A DNA stretch of 64,000 bases from Chrysomallon squamiferum (GCA_012295275.1 CM022665.1:2294001-2358000), one strand, 5' to 3'; counted from the first letter of the stretch, positions 28,911-42,330 are shown. Program-made: numbers and translations. The notes: a model not told the origin generated them from the letters alone.

Positions 28911-30153
28911 ACTAGATTATTTATATAAACAGATCTTTTATTGAGTAATCTCAGATCTGATAAAATCAGATAATTCTTTAAAACTTTTTTTTGTTTGTTT
29001 TTAATGAACCTGATGAATTATTAGGAGCTGTTTACAATTACCTAAATTTATTTTGGACAGATCAAGTCATTGTTTTGTTTGTTACTACGAACCAAACTTT
29101 GTTATAAAGTACTGTTAAAGCACAATAAAATTATGCTACCACACAATTAAATAAATTTTGTCATTTTTGTAATCTTTGCAATAAAATATGGTTTATTTCA
29201 CACTCAAGTGAATAATCAAATATTAATGACACATTAATACATTTTCATATTAACAGTTGTTAAGATGCCATTGTCAAACACACACACACACACATTTTGC
29301 AGCTAGAGATGTTTCAAATGCATCTGAACATAACAAAAAAGCACATAAACAGCTTACATAAAACTTTTTTTTTTTTTTTTTTTTGGTTTGTACATTTTTT
29401 TATTATTATTTCAATTATTATTTTCCTTTTTTTTTTTTTTAAATGAATATTATTGTTTGTCAGAAATACGTTTTTTTTCATCATTTTTAATGAAAATTTA
29501 TTTCCAGTAAATTTACTGAAAACTATATACACAGAGAGACAGATAGATTAGATAGATATACTATCATATAGATATATGATATTTTTTTTTTTTTTTTTTT
29601 TTTTTTTGTAATATATGTTTAAACACATACTGCAATCACGTTAAATTAGTTTGAAAAAATAATATGAACTATACTCAAGAATAACCATAGGTATAAGTTA
29701 TGATATTTGAGTCAATAAATGATATGAAATTGAATGAACTTTAGCGGAAGTAACAGGTAATAAATGTGTTTTGCATTAATTCGGAAATCTTTGAAAAACG
29801 TTTTACATCACTTGTAAAAAGCAATTTGTGATACATGCTTTTTCATTTGTACACTGTTCTGCATCATTAGTAAAACATTAGAAAATATATGTCACAGGAA
29901 ATACCTTTTTTACTCCCTTGTAAACATATACGTAAAGCTCCCTGCCAACGTTAAAACATAATCTATCTGGAGATCCTTGTTCGTCGTTCACACTAACAAA
30001 AGACACTTTAACAGGTGTATTCGCTTGTCCATTGTAAGCCACACGGGTCGGCTTTGAATATTCAGATAGTGGCATTAATTTGTAACATCCTTCTCTGGTG
30101 GCAAAGTGTGTTTTTATCTCATCTTTACCACCACCTTCACTCTGTGCCGCCAT
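25351..30153 (-). CDS. WDR20: WD repeat protein 20 (USP12/USP46 activator; WDR20/DMWD family)
   Basis: Exons 30153-29905 (MAAQSEGGGKDEIKTHFATREG, 249 nt), 28084-27902 (AADLTRPLDKRIYKG, 183 nt), 27720-26482 (RLIDKTKVTCIKW..KSYFGGLLCVCWSPD..TGGEDDLVTVWS..CKKVAHERLT..WARPG). A probable terminal exon at 25365-25351 adds GHDG*; reading into intron 3 instead ends VSIR* at 26467. Confidence 0.95.
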
Positions 30154-31582
30154 GTTGGGACAAAACTCCTGTCTGGAAGGTGCCCGTATTCCATTGCTAC
30201 TGCGCATGCTTTGAAAGATACTTCCTCTTAGCCATCAAAACAAATACACGTGGTTTCTGACATTTCACCTCAGCTCCTTCTGCATGTTGATTATGCTGTC
30301 AGCATATTATTCACCGTTATTTATTCTTATTTTATTTATTGTAAGAAACTTAAGAAATGCCCCATATTTAAATTATACATTCAGTGTAAATGTACACTGA
30401 AATGTAAACACTTTAATATGTTTTTTTTTTTTTTTTTTTGGTTAACAAATAGAACAAATACAAGGACATCAGTGATCAACTAATATTTTATATAATTTCG
30501 TACACAAAAGTGATAAAATAACCAATTTTCTTTTCATTTGAAATTCTTTGATTCAAAATTAATTTTCTTTATTTTATAATAAAATAATCGCAATTAAGTC
30601 AAAACTTACAATTTCGCTGAAGAAATAATAATAAGTTAATGTGTTTATATCAACGTATCCTGTTTTAATTTTAAAAAAAGAAAAGAAAAGAGAAATCAAC
30701 TGACGTTTTAATAACTAAATTTAAAAAAAGAAAATGCTTATGGCGACTAATGCAGTGTATATATTCATGCAGTCACTGGACAAGCAGAGTTCTGCTGTAT
30801 ATTCCTATCGATTAATATATATTTTATTTATGTCGTTTACCAAAGGTATTTTTTAATGAAATACCTAAATATAATTTGCAATATATGCCAGCGATGTATC
30901 CTTCTTTTTCATGTATTTGTATAGCTGAAAACATCCAAGATGCCTCCAACATACTTGCTAGTAATAAATTCATAATTATGAAATCTTCGCATTCACAAAC
31001 ACACGTAACACGCACATACAAACGTACAAATATAATTTTCAGTACAGCCTTTAAATACCTTATACAAGTGACAATAACATTATTACGAAAACACCGCAGC
31101 TACTATACCGCTGTTAACGTTAGCTATCACTGCAATTACCACAGTTTTATTAGTTTATAATTCATTAATAAATTAAGGAATGTGAGGAATCAAGGTTAGC
31201 ATGTTGTAAAGTTAGAATGTTGGAAAAGTGTTTTCAAAAGATAGTTTTATATTTAAAAATTATATTTTATATAACTTTTTATTTATTTATTTATTTATTA
31301 TTTATTATTATTACTATTATTATTATTGTTATTATTATTAAATTCCACATCCGAAAATCAAATTAAAATTTGTATAGCAATGAAAACAATGTTCATGTTT
31401 TCAACAGACGGGTCAGTGATTAATATCGGTGACTGGTACATAACTATAGTATTTACAACGTACACAGGATAAATAATATATTGCACCGAAATATCTAATG
31501 ATCTAACCTCCTCGTAATCTTTATCAGAACAAAACAAAATTTCCTTTGCCGCTAATATACATTATTGGAAAGACATTTACGT

Positions 31583-31632
<50 letters not shown>

Positions 31633-32781
31633 TTCGAAATAATAAAGACTGACTATTTTTGAAACCAGTATAATAATATTTCTGTCCCATAAATATCACT
31701 ATCTTAATATTTTCAGTTGAACATATATGTATATATATATATATATATAAAGTCTGCACAAATTAAGGAGGTAAGAAAACATGTACATAATAATAATAAT
31801 AATAATAAAATAAATATATGAATAATAAATTTTAAATTACAATGCAATAATAAAATAAATAAATAAAAGATATTTTGAACAAGAAGTATTTATTCCGATT
31901 TCGATACCTTGTGAGCTAAATTAGGTACTAAATGTATTCACATTTTCAGACACAAATTATTGGTTTTAATTTATTTTTTCATCGATACGATCTTTCAGAT
32001 ATGTTGAAACATGATGACTAAATCAGCAGTAAGTTTTTAATGGGTTAAGATGTGTGTAACGTTCAAATTAGATGAGGCCATAAAATAGGGCCTAGACTAA
32101 TAATTTAAATATTTTACACTATGATTTAAACTAAATAAGACATTCACAACTTTAACAGACATTTTAATCGGTTTTGTGAAGCGCACGTGAATTCTAACAA
32201 TGCCAAACTCGCATCTCTTAGATGTAAATCTTGTAGTAAATCTATGAGATCGTTTTTACAAAATACAATATTCATTTCAGATTAAATGTATTAGTTAAAT
32301 CTATTCTTTTCATTTACGTAATCATCTAGATACTGATACTAAGCCAAATATAAGTAGTTAACCAATGTAATCTTTTACAAAATTTAAAAAAGAAAAACGA
32401 AAGAAGTGTCACGTGTTCATAACATTGTTTGGAGTCTGCGCATGGGAAATATCTGTACAAAAGCAGGTATTGGTAAGTGGTTGCCCTCTCGATTTTAAAT
32501 GAACGTTTCCATTTTAATATCAGAAGAACTACATTAGGTTTCAAACTGTACAAAATTAATCTTATTTTAAGATTTAAAACTTGACGAATATTAGTGAAAG
32601 ATTATGATAAGAAAAATAACATGTAATCATAAATCAACCACTAACATTGGGCAATTTCAAATCGTCTGTGAAAGCAATGTTATAATGACATAAAATTTGA
32701 AAATAAACAAAAAGCTTCTTCAAAAAATAATTCATATTATTTAAATTATAATATGGACAAAAATTTTAACACAGAAATGAA

Positions 32782-32936
32782 GCGGGAAAACAAGCAAACG
32801 ATAAAATGACGTCATCACCTAGGGCCTGAGTATTATAGCTATATGTGTTTCTCGGTACCCGGTAATTTTTTTCTTTGGACTGTTTGTCATTTGGCTTGAT
32901 TACCCGCGTCTAACTGTTTGCAAAATTACCCGACGT
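32782..32936. other. CpG-rich patch in the WDR20-HSP90 spacer: E2F-like GCGGGAAA, perfect CRE TGACGTCA and a TAGGGCCTG/TACCCG repeat-like segment
   Basis: GCGGGAAA at 32782, TGACGTCA at 32807-32814, then TAGGGCCTG (hAT-end-like) and three TACCCG motifs. Could be an enhancer, a MITE end, or both. Confidence 0.35.
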
Positions 32937-33096
32937 TTTATATATATATATATATATAAAAAATAAATAATAATAATAATAAAACATGAATTCTAACATG
33001 AGTTTGGTGAATATTATGATCCGTGGTGTAAACAGAATATATACGTTTTGACATACAAACTCCGGTTACTAAAGTTAATTGTAAAATAAAAAATGC

Positions 33097-33139
<43 letters not shown>

Positions 33140-33385
33140 TGTTATTGTTGTTGTTGTTTAGTTTACAAAGTAGTACTAAATAGGGTAGTTCAAAACACTG
33201 CTTTAAACAGGTTAAACCATACTAATCTGTATAGTGAACTCAGTCTCGAAGCTGAAATCAAATTCGATATAATTAAACATACAAAAGAGGAGAAAAATAT
33301 AAATCTCGTACCAATTTTTTTTTTTTTTTTTTTTTTTTTGCAGTAACTTACGTACAGTTTTATTAAGAACTCACTGTATTCAATG

Positions 33386-33441
33386 TAAGTTCGTCGTTAT
33401 CAGGATCACCAAATTCAAATACAACATAATTTAAACACGAT

Positions 33442-33488
<47 letters not shown>

Positions 33489-33600
33489 ACGTACACGTAC
33501 TGAAGCTAGCCTTCTGGAGAACTGTTCCACGACACACACACATATATATATATATATTATATACATATATACACACATTTTTATTAGTTTATATATATAT

Positions 33601-33632
<32 letters not shown>

Positions 33633-33723
33633 TCATTGTTATTTTCATTTAAATTGTTTATTTTTATATTAAGTTCGTCGTTGTCAGTATCACCAAATTC
33701 AAATACAACAATTTAAACACGAT

Positions 33724-33770
<47 letters not shown>

Positions 33771-33881
33771 GTACTGAAGCTAGCCTTCTGGAGAACTGTT
33801 CCACTACACGATATATATATATATATATACACACACATATACATACATACATACATACATTTTTATTAGTTTATATATATA

Positions 33882-33935
<54 letters not shown>

Positions 33936-33990
33936 CATTGTTATTATTGTTATTATTGTTATTTTTATTTAAATTGTTTATTATATTTTT
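33386..33990. repeat. Recent tandem duplication of an ~290-bp microsatellite-containing unit
   Basis: Unit 1 ~33386-33665, unit 2 ~33670-33990. Shared text: TAAGTTCGTCGTT..CACCAAATTCAAATACAACA..AAACACGATAAAA(CA)n..GTACTGAAGCTAGCCTTCTGGAGAACTGTTCCAC..ATTTTTATTAGTTTTATATATAT..ATTTAAATTGTTTA. Confidence 0.9.
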
Positions 33991-34132
33991 ATGATCGTCT
34001 TTTAATAACACTTTATTTTGCGGAAAGGTATGTTTAATTTGCTTTATTCTGCCTTACGGCCTATTTTATGTTTTCCTGGTTGGTATAAACGCGTAATTGC
34101 GAAAGGCCAAAAAATAGCTTCATGTAATGACT

Positions 34133-34318
34133 TTTCTAGAACACTCTTAATGAATTTTTCCGGGATAATTCGTAGCCACTCGTTCGTATTTGGCTTCCGA
34201 GATTTTATTGTTACTATGTGTCCGACATATTCCGAAATAGGACGAATAGAAACGAATACTTCACGAATGTTCTGGAAACAATTTCAAATGATGTCACATC
34301 CTGAGAATGTTCTTGAAA
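34133..34318 (+). promoter_or_regulatory. Cluster of heat-shock elements (HSF sites) upstream of HSP90
   Basis: Perfect 4-unit HSE TTCacGAAtgTTCtgGAA at 34260-34277, perfect 3-unit GAAtgTTCttGAA at 34305-34317, near-perfect TTCtaGAAcaCTC at 34134-34146. A CRE/ATF-like TGATGTCA (34289-34296) lies between the two perfect elements. Confidence 0.9.
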
Positions 34319-34525
34319 AAATTGCCGAACTACAACGTCGTAATATGTTCCGGTAATATAATCCTTGAGAATTAAAATTTCTTGTACTCTTGGCGTTCAA
34401 GTAAATAATTATTAATTTCAGTTTTATGTTTTCTCCATTATTTTATATAATACTTTTAAATATTTGAACTAAAGTTTACATATTTATAATAGTTTCCTGA
34501 AATATTTATTCTTACTACGCCATAA

Positions 34526-34631
34526 GCTCCGCCTCTTTATAAGCACGTTGGAACTGCTTTTTGGTTAGCAGAAGCGAGTTGCAGTGAAAGAAAGCGGCAA
34601 CGTTTCTTCGATTATTTTTAAAACAACTAAG
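34526..34631 (+). promoter_or_regulatory. HSP90 core promoter (GC-box-like, TATA) and non-coding exon 1
   Basis: CTCCGCC at ~34527 and TATAAG at 34538-34543 predict a TSS near 34567. Donor AAG|GTAAG at 34631/34632; the intron ends at TAG 35283, directly before the ATG, the known layout of cytosolic HSP90 genes. Confidence 0.75.
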
Positions 34632-35283
34632 GTAAGATTTTTTGTTAAATGAAATAAAACGCTTGAAAAAAAAGAGAAAAACTTTTTTTCTGATATTTTA
34701 ACAAAATATCTTACATGGTTTTATTTTAAAAAAAAAAAATAAAAAAAAATAATAAAAATTCAAAAAAACATTGTTTGATCATGTAGCGTTTGGGAAGAAA
34801 ATGATCAACGTGGGCCATTGAAAGTTGACTGAAAAAAGAGTGATTTTAAGATGACAGATCAATAACTTTTCTCTTAAAATTAATTATTAAGTGATATTTG
34901 ATTTTTTTGTTTTTTTTGTTTCGTAATTCTGCTATTGTTTCGTGTCTGCGTAATCGTAAGGTGTTCCTTTGTTGTAGACAATTTAGATACGACTATTTAT
35001 GTCTCAATTATCTTTAAAAAAAAAAAAAAAAAATCGATAAAATTAAATAATAATTAAAAAAAAGAAGAAAAAAACGTACAACCGACTTTTTATTGTATAA
35101 TGTAGGTATGCAAGTGCGATTATAAATTGACTTTACAAGATAACATTGATGTTAATATTTGAAAATCTAATTTTATGTTACAATTTACATGCATTCTAAG
35201 GTTCTTCATCCAGTAATGTGGAAACCAAACAACGAAAACTGAAATGGGTGAGGTTTTTTAATTTTAATGTTTTTTTTTGTTAG

Positions 35284-38200
35284 ATGCCCGAGTTGCAAGA
35301 AAACATGGATGAGGGTGAAGTCGAAACTTTTGCCTTCCAGGCAGAAATAGCACAGTTGATGAGTTTAATCATCAACACCTTCTACTCAAACAAAGAAGTA
35401 TTTATCAGAGAACTAATTTCTAATGCTTCTGATGCCTTGGACAAGATCAGATACGAGTCGCTAACTGATCCATCCAAACTGGACAGCAACAAAGAGCTTT
35501 GCATCAGGATAATACCTGATAAAGAAAAACGCATTCTGATCATTGAGGACTCTGGCGTTGGTATGACTAAAGCTGGCTTGGTAAAGAACTTGGGTACCAT
35601 TGCAAAATCTGGAACAAAAGCTTTCATGGAAGCTTTACAGGCTGGTGCAGATATATCTATGATTGGTCAGTTTGGCGTGGGTTTCTATTCTGCTTACCTT
35701 GTTGCAGAGAAAGTGGTGGTAGAATCCAAGCACAATGATGATGAACTCTACACCTGGGAATCGTCAGCTGGAGGATCATTCACTGTCAAAACAGGAGCAT
35801 GTAAGTTTTCTTAAAGCCAGATCACATTTTATTTCTATATGTTGGAATGGAGCATGTATATTGTAATTGGGAGGCAAGATAAGAACTGATTTTGATTTTA
35901 TAAATTATTTTGAATTTGTTTACAGCTGCCCCATTAGCCAGAGGGACCCGTGTCATTTTGTATTTGAAAGAAGATCAGGCAGAATATCTTGAGGAACGGA
36001 GAATCAAAGAAGTTGTTAAGAAACATTCTCAGTTCATAGGTTACCCTATTTATCTTAGGGTTGAGAAAGAACGTGAAAAGGAAATATCAGATGATGAAGA
36101 GGAAGAAGAGAAGAAGGAAGAAGATGAAGATAAGGTATAAACAATTTGTGCACATCTTTAAATAATCCTGACTTGATAATTGTGGTCACTTGTGAGCAGA
36201 ACTGCTAGATTATGTCATTTGTTTTTTCCCAAAATGTTCAGAAATGTGTTTTAATTGATGAACTGCATTCCTGATGAACATACCTATGTTTGTAATCAAG
36301 GGGAGAGTATTTTTTCCACAATTTTACCAAGTGATCTTTGCACTTTAAGATAAACAAGGTTGCAGTCTTTGTAACAGTAAAACAAAATAACAGTATTTTG
36401 TGCTTTATTAAAGCTCTTGATGTTGTTACTACAATTACATTCAATAAATTTAAACTTTTTTCTTTCTCTTCAGGATAAAGACAAGCCAAAAGTGGAAGAT
36501 CTTGATGAAGATGAAGAAAAAGAGAAGGAAAAAGACAAGAAGAAGAAAAAAATCAAAGAAAAATACACAGAAGATGAAGAGCTGAACAAGACCAAACCCA
36601 TATGGACACGAAACCCAGATGACATAACACAAGAAGAATATGCAGAATTCTACAAATCCCTGACAAATGACTGGGAAGATCATCTTGCTGTCAAGGTAAA
36701 TATTTTAAATTTAGTTAAATTATACATAGCAAAGAACAATGCTTGAACAATACCAGCCACATTGTACCATTTTGTAGGTGATAATCACTTTGTTCAAATG
36801 AAAGCAGCATATCTTTGTAAGTTTAAGATCTTTTTTCTCCCCCAGTGAGATGAACTTTAACAATCAATGTTTTCTTTTGTTTTAGCATTTCTCTGTGGAA
36901 GGTCAGCTTCAATTCCGTGCACTTCTGTTCGTTCCTAAGAGAGCGCCATTTGACCTGTTTGAAAACAAGAAGAAAAAGAACAATATTAAACTGTATGTGA
37001 GGCGGGTATTTATCATGGATAACTGTGAGGATCTCATTCCAGAATATTTGAACTTTGTGCGTGGTGTTGTTGATTCTGATGATTTGCCATTGAACATTTC
37101 CCGTGAAATGCTCCAGCAGAGCAAAATTCTTAAGGTCATTCGAAAAAATCTAGTGAAAAAATGCATGGAATTGTTTGAGGACATCATGGAAGACAAGGAT
37201 AACTACAAAAAGTTCTACGAACAGTTTGCCAAAAATCTTAAGGTTTGTACCAAGTTAAAGAAATATTGCTCTTAGTAACAAAAAAGTCGACTTAACAGTG
37301 AAATGTAAGTACAGAATTATTGCCATCATATAAATGGGTGAAGAAAGTCTTAATTAAACTGGTTTATTTTGCAGCTCGGAATACATGAAGATACCACAAA
37401 CAGGAAGAAGTTGGCAGATCTTCTTAGGTACCAGACATCACAGTCGGGTGATGAAATGTCATCTTTGAAGGAGTACGTTTCTCGTATGAAAGAAAATCAG
37501 AAAAATATTTACTACATAACAGGTATGTCTTCCATACAGACTATTTAAACAAGTTTGTTTTATCCTGGTGAGATTTAAAAACCAAAAGCTAGTTACGCTG
37601 AAACATTAACTATGTGTGGCCATTTATTTTGCAGGTGAATCTAAGGAAGCTGTTCAAAATTCCGCTTTTGTTGAGCGTGTGAAGAAAAGGGGATTGGAGG
37701 TCATATACATGACTGATCCCATTGATGAGTACTGCATACAGCAACTGAAAGAATATGATGGGAAATCTCTGGTCAGTGTTACAAAAGAAGGTCTAGAGCT
37801 CCCTGATGATGAGGAGGAAAAGAAACGTTTGGAGGAAGCAAAGGCACAGCTAGAAGGATTGTGCAAGGTTATGAAAGAAATTCTTGACAAGAAAGTGGAA
37901 AAGGTAAATTTACATTTGGTTTCAGATCCATTGTTTCTCTATGAAGAAACCAGCTGATTAGCACGAAGGCTGACGGTGTCTTGCAGGTATTTGTAAATAA
38001 AATGTTGGTTAACTAAAAGTTGGTAACAAATTGTTGGGATAAAACTTTTTGCTGATGCTTGTGAATATTGTACATGTTGCTCTACAAAAAAAAACCTGAG
38101 GTACATGTCACAGGTAATGAACTTGTATATGGCATGTGAATTTAAAAAGTTTATGAATTTTGACAGGTTGTTGTATCGAACCGCCTTGTGACATCTCCCT

Positions 38201-38805
38201 GTTGCATTGTTACCAGTCAGTATGGATGGTCTGCCAACATGGAGAGAATCATGAAAGCTCAAGCTTTGAGAGATACCAGTACGATGGGCTATATGGCTGC
38301 TAAGAAACACCTAGAAATCAACCCAGACCACCCTATAATAAAAACTCTGAAAGAGAAGGCTGATGCTGACAAGAATGACAAAGCTGTGAAGGATCTCTGC
38401 ATGCTGCTGTTTGAGACGTCTCTTCTTGCTTCTGGGTTTTCATTGGAGGACCCAACATCCCATGCCAACCGCATCCATCGAATGATCAAACTTGGTCTTG
38501 GTGAGTGTTAAAAGATTATGGCACTGCATTGCACTGCAATAATTTATTCACACCAAGAGTGGAAAAAATCAATGATTATGAGCAAAAATAATAGTTCTTA
38601 AAGTTTTAATATTGGTCAAATGTATCTAATGTTTTAATAATGAAAATGTTCCAGTTTGGTTAAAAAAAAATTTTTAAATGTATAATTTACAGGTATTGAT
38701 GAAGATGACGGTGCTGCCGGTGATGTTGGTGTAGATGCAGCTGAAGAAATGCCACCACTTGAAGGTGATGATGATGATGCTTCAAGAATGGAAGAAGTTG
38801 ATTAA
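35284..38805 (+). CDS. HSP90: Cytosolic heat shock protein 90, ~722 aa, 8 coding exons
   Basis: Exons 35284-35800, 35926-36134, 36474-36695, 36886-37242, 37375-37522, 37635-37903, 38167-38500, 38693-38805 (2169 nt). Signatures [64 protein letters not shown] and terminal MEEVD. Confidence 0.99.
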
Positions 38806-38924
38806 TTCCTTTTCATGAATTTTAAATTGTTAGACGTTGTTTGACTGATTCATTTTTTCATTTTTTCCTGTTCTCTTTTGGATCCAAAGACTAAAAATTT
38901 CATTAGTGTTCATCAAATTTAAAC

Positions 38925-39070
38925 ATTAAAATGCGGTTTGTATTGTGTAGTGATGTTTTGTCATTTTTGTTACTTGATTAACCAAGAATTGAAATGAACA
39001 AATTTGTTTTAAAATTTGGATATGTTTATTTACTGTTTTCAGGAAGACATAAAGCAAATCAATAAATAAA
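38925..39070 (+). terminator. HSP90 polyadenylation signals
   Basis: ATTAAA at 38925-38930 followed by a GT-rich tract, and AATAAA at 39061-39066 also followed by a GT/T-rich tract. Confidence 0.6.
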
Positions 39071-40639
39071 TGCCTACAAGTTTATATGTGTTTGTTTTTT
39101 CTTAGCAATATGGGTGGAAACTAAACTTGAGAATACAGTAATTTATTGACTTTAGAAACTCTTACAGTAAAACTGATACATTAATGTTACACAATTCATT
39201 ATTTTTTTTTTACAATAAAATATACACCGTATCCACACAAGTAACAGTTCACAAAGACAACTTGCATTCATGGAACAAATGTTTTCAAAATTGGTAATAT
39301 AGATTTCTACATGATGCAAAATTTGACTAGGTATGTAATGCAGTTTTTTTTTTTTTTTTTAAAAAGCTTGACCTAACATGAAAACTGCAAAATTGCAGTT
39401 TTATATTGCATATAAATAATGTGAATTTAAACCTTTGCAAATTACTGAATTGTTTACAGCAAAATATTGAAAAATTTAGACACTTGAAACTTCCACAATA
39501 TCGAGTCATTTAAACTGAAATATGAATATAATCTGTTACATACAAAAGGTACAGTAGCTAGGTTTGTAATCCTAATATATGGCATTTAAAAAATAAAAAA
39601 AAATGCGTATTTCAAGAAAATAAAGTTCAAAAAAAGTTTCAAAATTCTATAATGCTTAACATAAACGTGTTTTTTTAATTTTTTTGTAAATTGTAAGCAC
39701 CAGTGTTTATTTCATTGTGTATCTTAGTGAAACGTTTTTATTTTTGCAGTATGCATCACATAATAATAATACATGAAAATGTGCCAATCGTACCTCTAAC
39801 CAGTAAAATGCTGCTGTGCTATACGTTTGTGAAAGTAGGTCTGTATATGCTCGGGGAGAAACCAAATCATTCACTTTCAACCAGCATTTTGACATCCAAA
39901 GTACTAATGTTTAATTCAAAATACAGTTACTAAAAGAAAGGGAATGCATCCTCAGTTGTGGCAGACCTGAAACAAATTTTTTATTTATTGTTATGGTCTG
40001 CACTAGAAACACAGTGTAGTCAAAACCATCAGGAGGATTAACAAATACAAGCAATTAGCCAAACTTTAACCTGATTTAAATCTTGGTTTCCAAGATAAAA
40101 TTTTAATAAAGGTCTACAAAAGATGAATATAATCAGTTCAGGCTGATTCATTCTGAAGCTTAGTTCAATTCTAAATAACAGATTGCTATTATTAATGTTC
40201 AATTTTTTAAATTCACAGTATACATACAGTTTCAAACAGTATTCATTTATTAAAAGAATATTTCCAGCAAATGTGTAACATTTAATTAAATAATATCTCT
40301 TGCCAAAGATACTAAGCATGTTCAATACAGGTGATAATAAGATGTTAATTAAAATGGAGCCATGTGTAACCATAGCATTCATGAAAAAGCACCAATCTGC
40401 AATCCAGATCTCAACAATCATCAATAGTGAATCATCCTCTAAATTATCTTCATAGAAGTCCAACAACACTGTCCAAATTTTGGAAGCATGATAAAAGGTT
40501 GTCATTAAGGAAACTGGCACTCTTTTTGACAGTATGTTTGAAGTTCTGGCAACATGTATTTAAATGGTAACTATCTGTATTTTGACATACTTATAATAAA
40601 TATGATGTTCATGTAAAAATCTGAAACTTTGAAAAGTCA

Positions 40640-42288
40640 TCAAGAGTCAAAAAAATCATCATCAAGTGTAGTTGCTTTGTTTGGACCAGGAGGTCGCTGA
40701 AATGCATTTTCAAAACTGTCAATTGTACTTTCACTGACTGTTGGCCTCAAATCAGGTGGTCGTCTCTTCTTTCTGAATATCTCACTTTCACTGTCAAACC
40801 AGGACTCGCCTGAAAATTAAATGGATAAATGACATATTGCAGAATTAACAAGAAAAATGTACCCTTCCAAAAGACCTAGAACTTGCTGCTACTGAATAAA
40901 TTAATATTTACAATTAAAGCCATCTAAAGATAAGTACTATTCCAAAATTAAAAACTATGAACTGATATTTACTGAATTAAAAGTTTCATTCTAAAGATAA
41001 AATGATATAAATATTTTTACTATCACTGTGGTTGTAAGCTTCGTCTTTTTCCACATCTAAAGACAAATCAGGATCTTCCTGCTGTAGACGTTTTGCCTGA
41101 AAAAATAAAAAAATAACTTGAAACTACAGAATATATTTAGATTACGTTTTTGTATCACTGAAGGCACACTATAAACAAAACAAGAAACTCGGAAACTGGT
41201 TATAGCATTACAAAGAAATATTTTTAAAAACTATTTTCTTGCTTAATTAAAGAAAAGAATTTATGAAATATTAATTTAAGACAGAATCATTATCACAGTT
41301 CATACTCTAGTATTAAGATTAAATAATCATATTTTTCAGAAAATGTTGATTGTTGCCAGATACATTATTTCTTTTTATAACCTTTGTGTTATAGCAAACC
41401 TTTTCTCTTGCTCTTCTCGCTCGTTCTTCCTTCAGTCTCTGTTTTTCTTTTATTTCCTCAAGTTTGGCTTCTCTCTTTATTTCTGCAAGCCTTAGCTGTT
41501 CCATAATCTGTAAATGATAACCCAAAACACATGGGAATTTATTAAAACATACATGTCATCACAGGGTTAATTTAATATCATCCACTTCATTTAAAAAAAT
41601 TCCAGCACTCTGCTAATGATAACTGAAAAACGTGTATTTATTTAAATACATTTGACCTACAACATTTATAAAATATTGTATTAAAAAAATTCATTAAACT
41701 TCTTATCCTATTTCTAATATCTTAATAAATATCAAAACACAACTGCAGTTATATCTAATAACGAGTAAGTTGATTCAATTTATATCCATATAGAGAATGC
41801 ATATGTCAGTTATATTTGTACATTTTCTACTATAAATAAAATACACAAAGAAAGAAAATCAGCAATTTCTTAACATAAAATCCCACTCTAAAACTATTCT
41901 TTACTCAGAATTAATAACTTTGGATATCAGCAGTAAAAACAGGAAATTGCTAAATTGGTGTACATTTTAACTATTTGATCTTGTTTTGGATGTTTTTGTT
42001 TATTTGTTTCTTTCTTAATCACAACCTTTTCTTGTTGTTCTTGTAACTTTTGTTGATCACTAAATTCTCTAGCCTTCATCAGCTCACGGTGACGTTTTGA
42101 CGATTTTCTTGAAATATTTATTTTCTTTTGTATTTCCTACATTTAAAAAAAAAAAAAAAAACCATAATATAAAACTATGTACCAGTATTTGAAAGATAAC
42201 GAGGCCTAAAATTTTCAGTAATGTTTAGGGCAAATAAAATGGGTCTAGAAATTATCATTAATTATATTAAAAGAATAATAATAATAAT

Positions 42289-42330
<42 letters not shown>

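Noticed and set aside
34018-34356. 112-aa ORF upstream of HSP90
   Set aside because: Starts at a non-ATG codon and overlaps the HSE cluster; better explained as promoter DNA.
36135-36473. TGATGA/CTGA motifs in an HSP90 intron as a possible C/D snoRNA
   Set aside because: The boxes are too close together, with no terminal stem or recognisable rRNA-antisense element.
35382-38489. Antisense ORFs over HSP90 exons
   Set aside because: Shadow frames of a conserved coding sequence with no independent signal.
38549-38565. 16-nt match ACACCAAGAGTGGAAA between an HSP90 intron and VPS54 exon 25 (~4246)
   Set aside because: A single match of this length is expected by chance in 64 kb of AT-rich DNA.
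40038-40520. 160-aa minus-strand ORF after the stathmin-domain gene
   Set aside because: Lies in the presumptive 3'UTR, has AT-driven composition and shows no recognisable domain.
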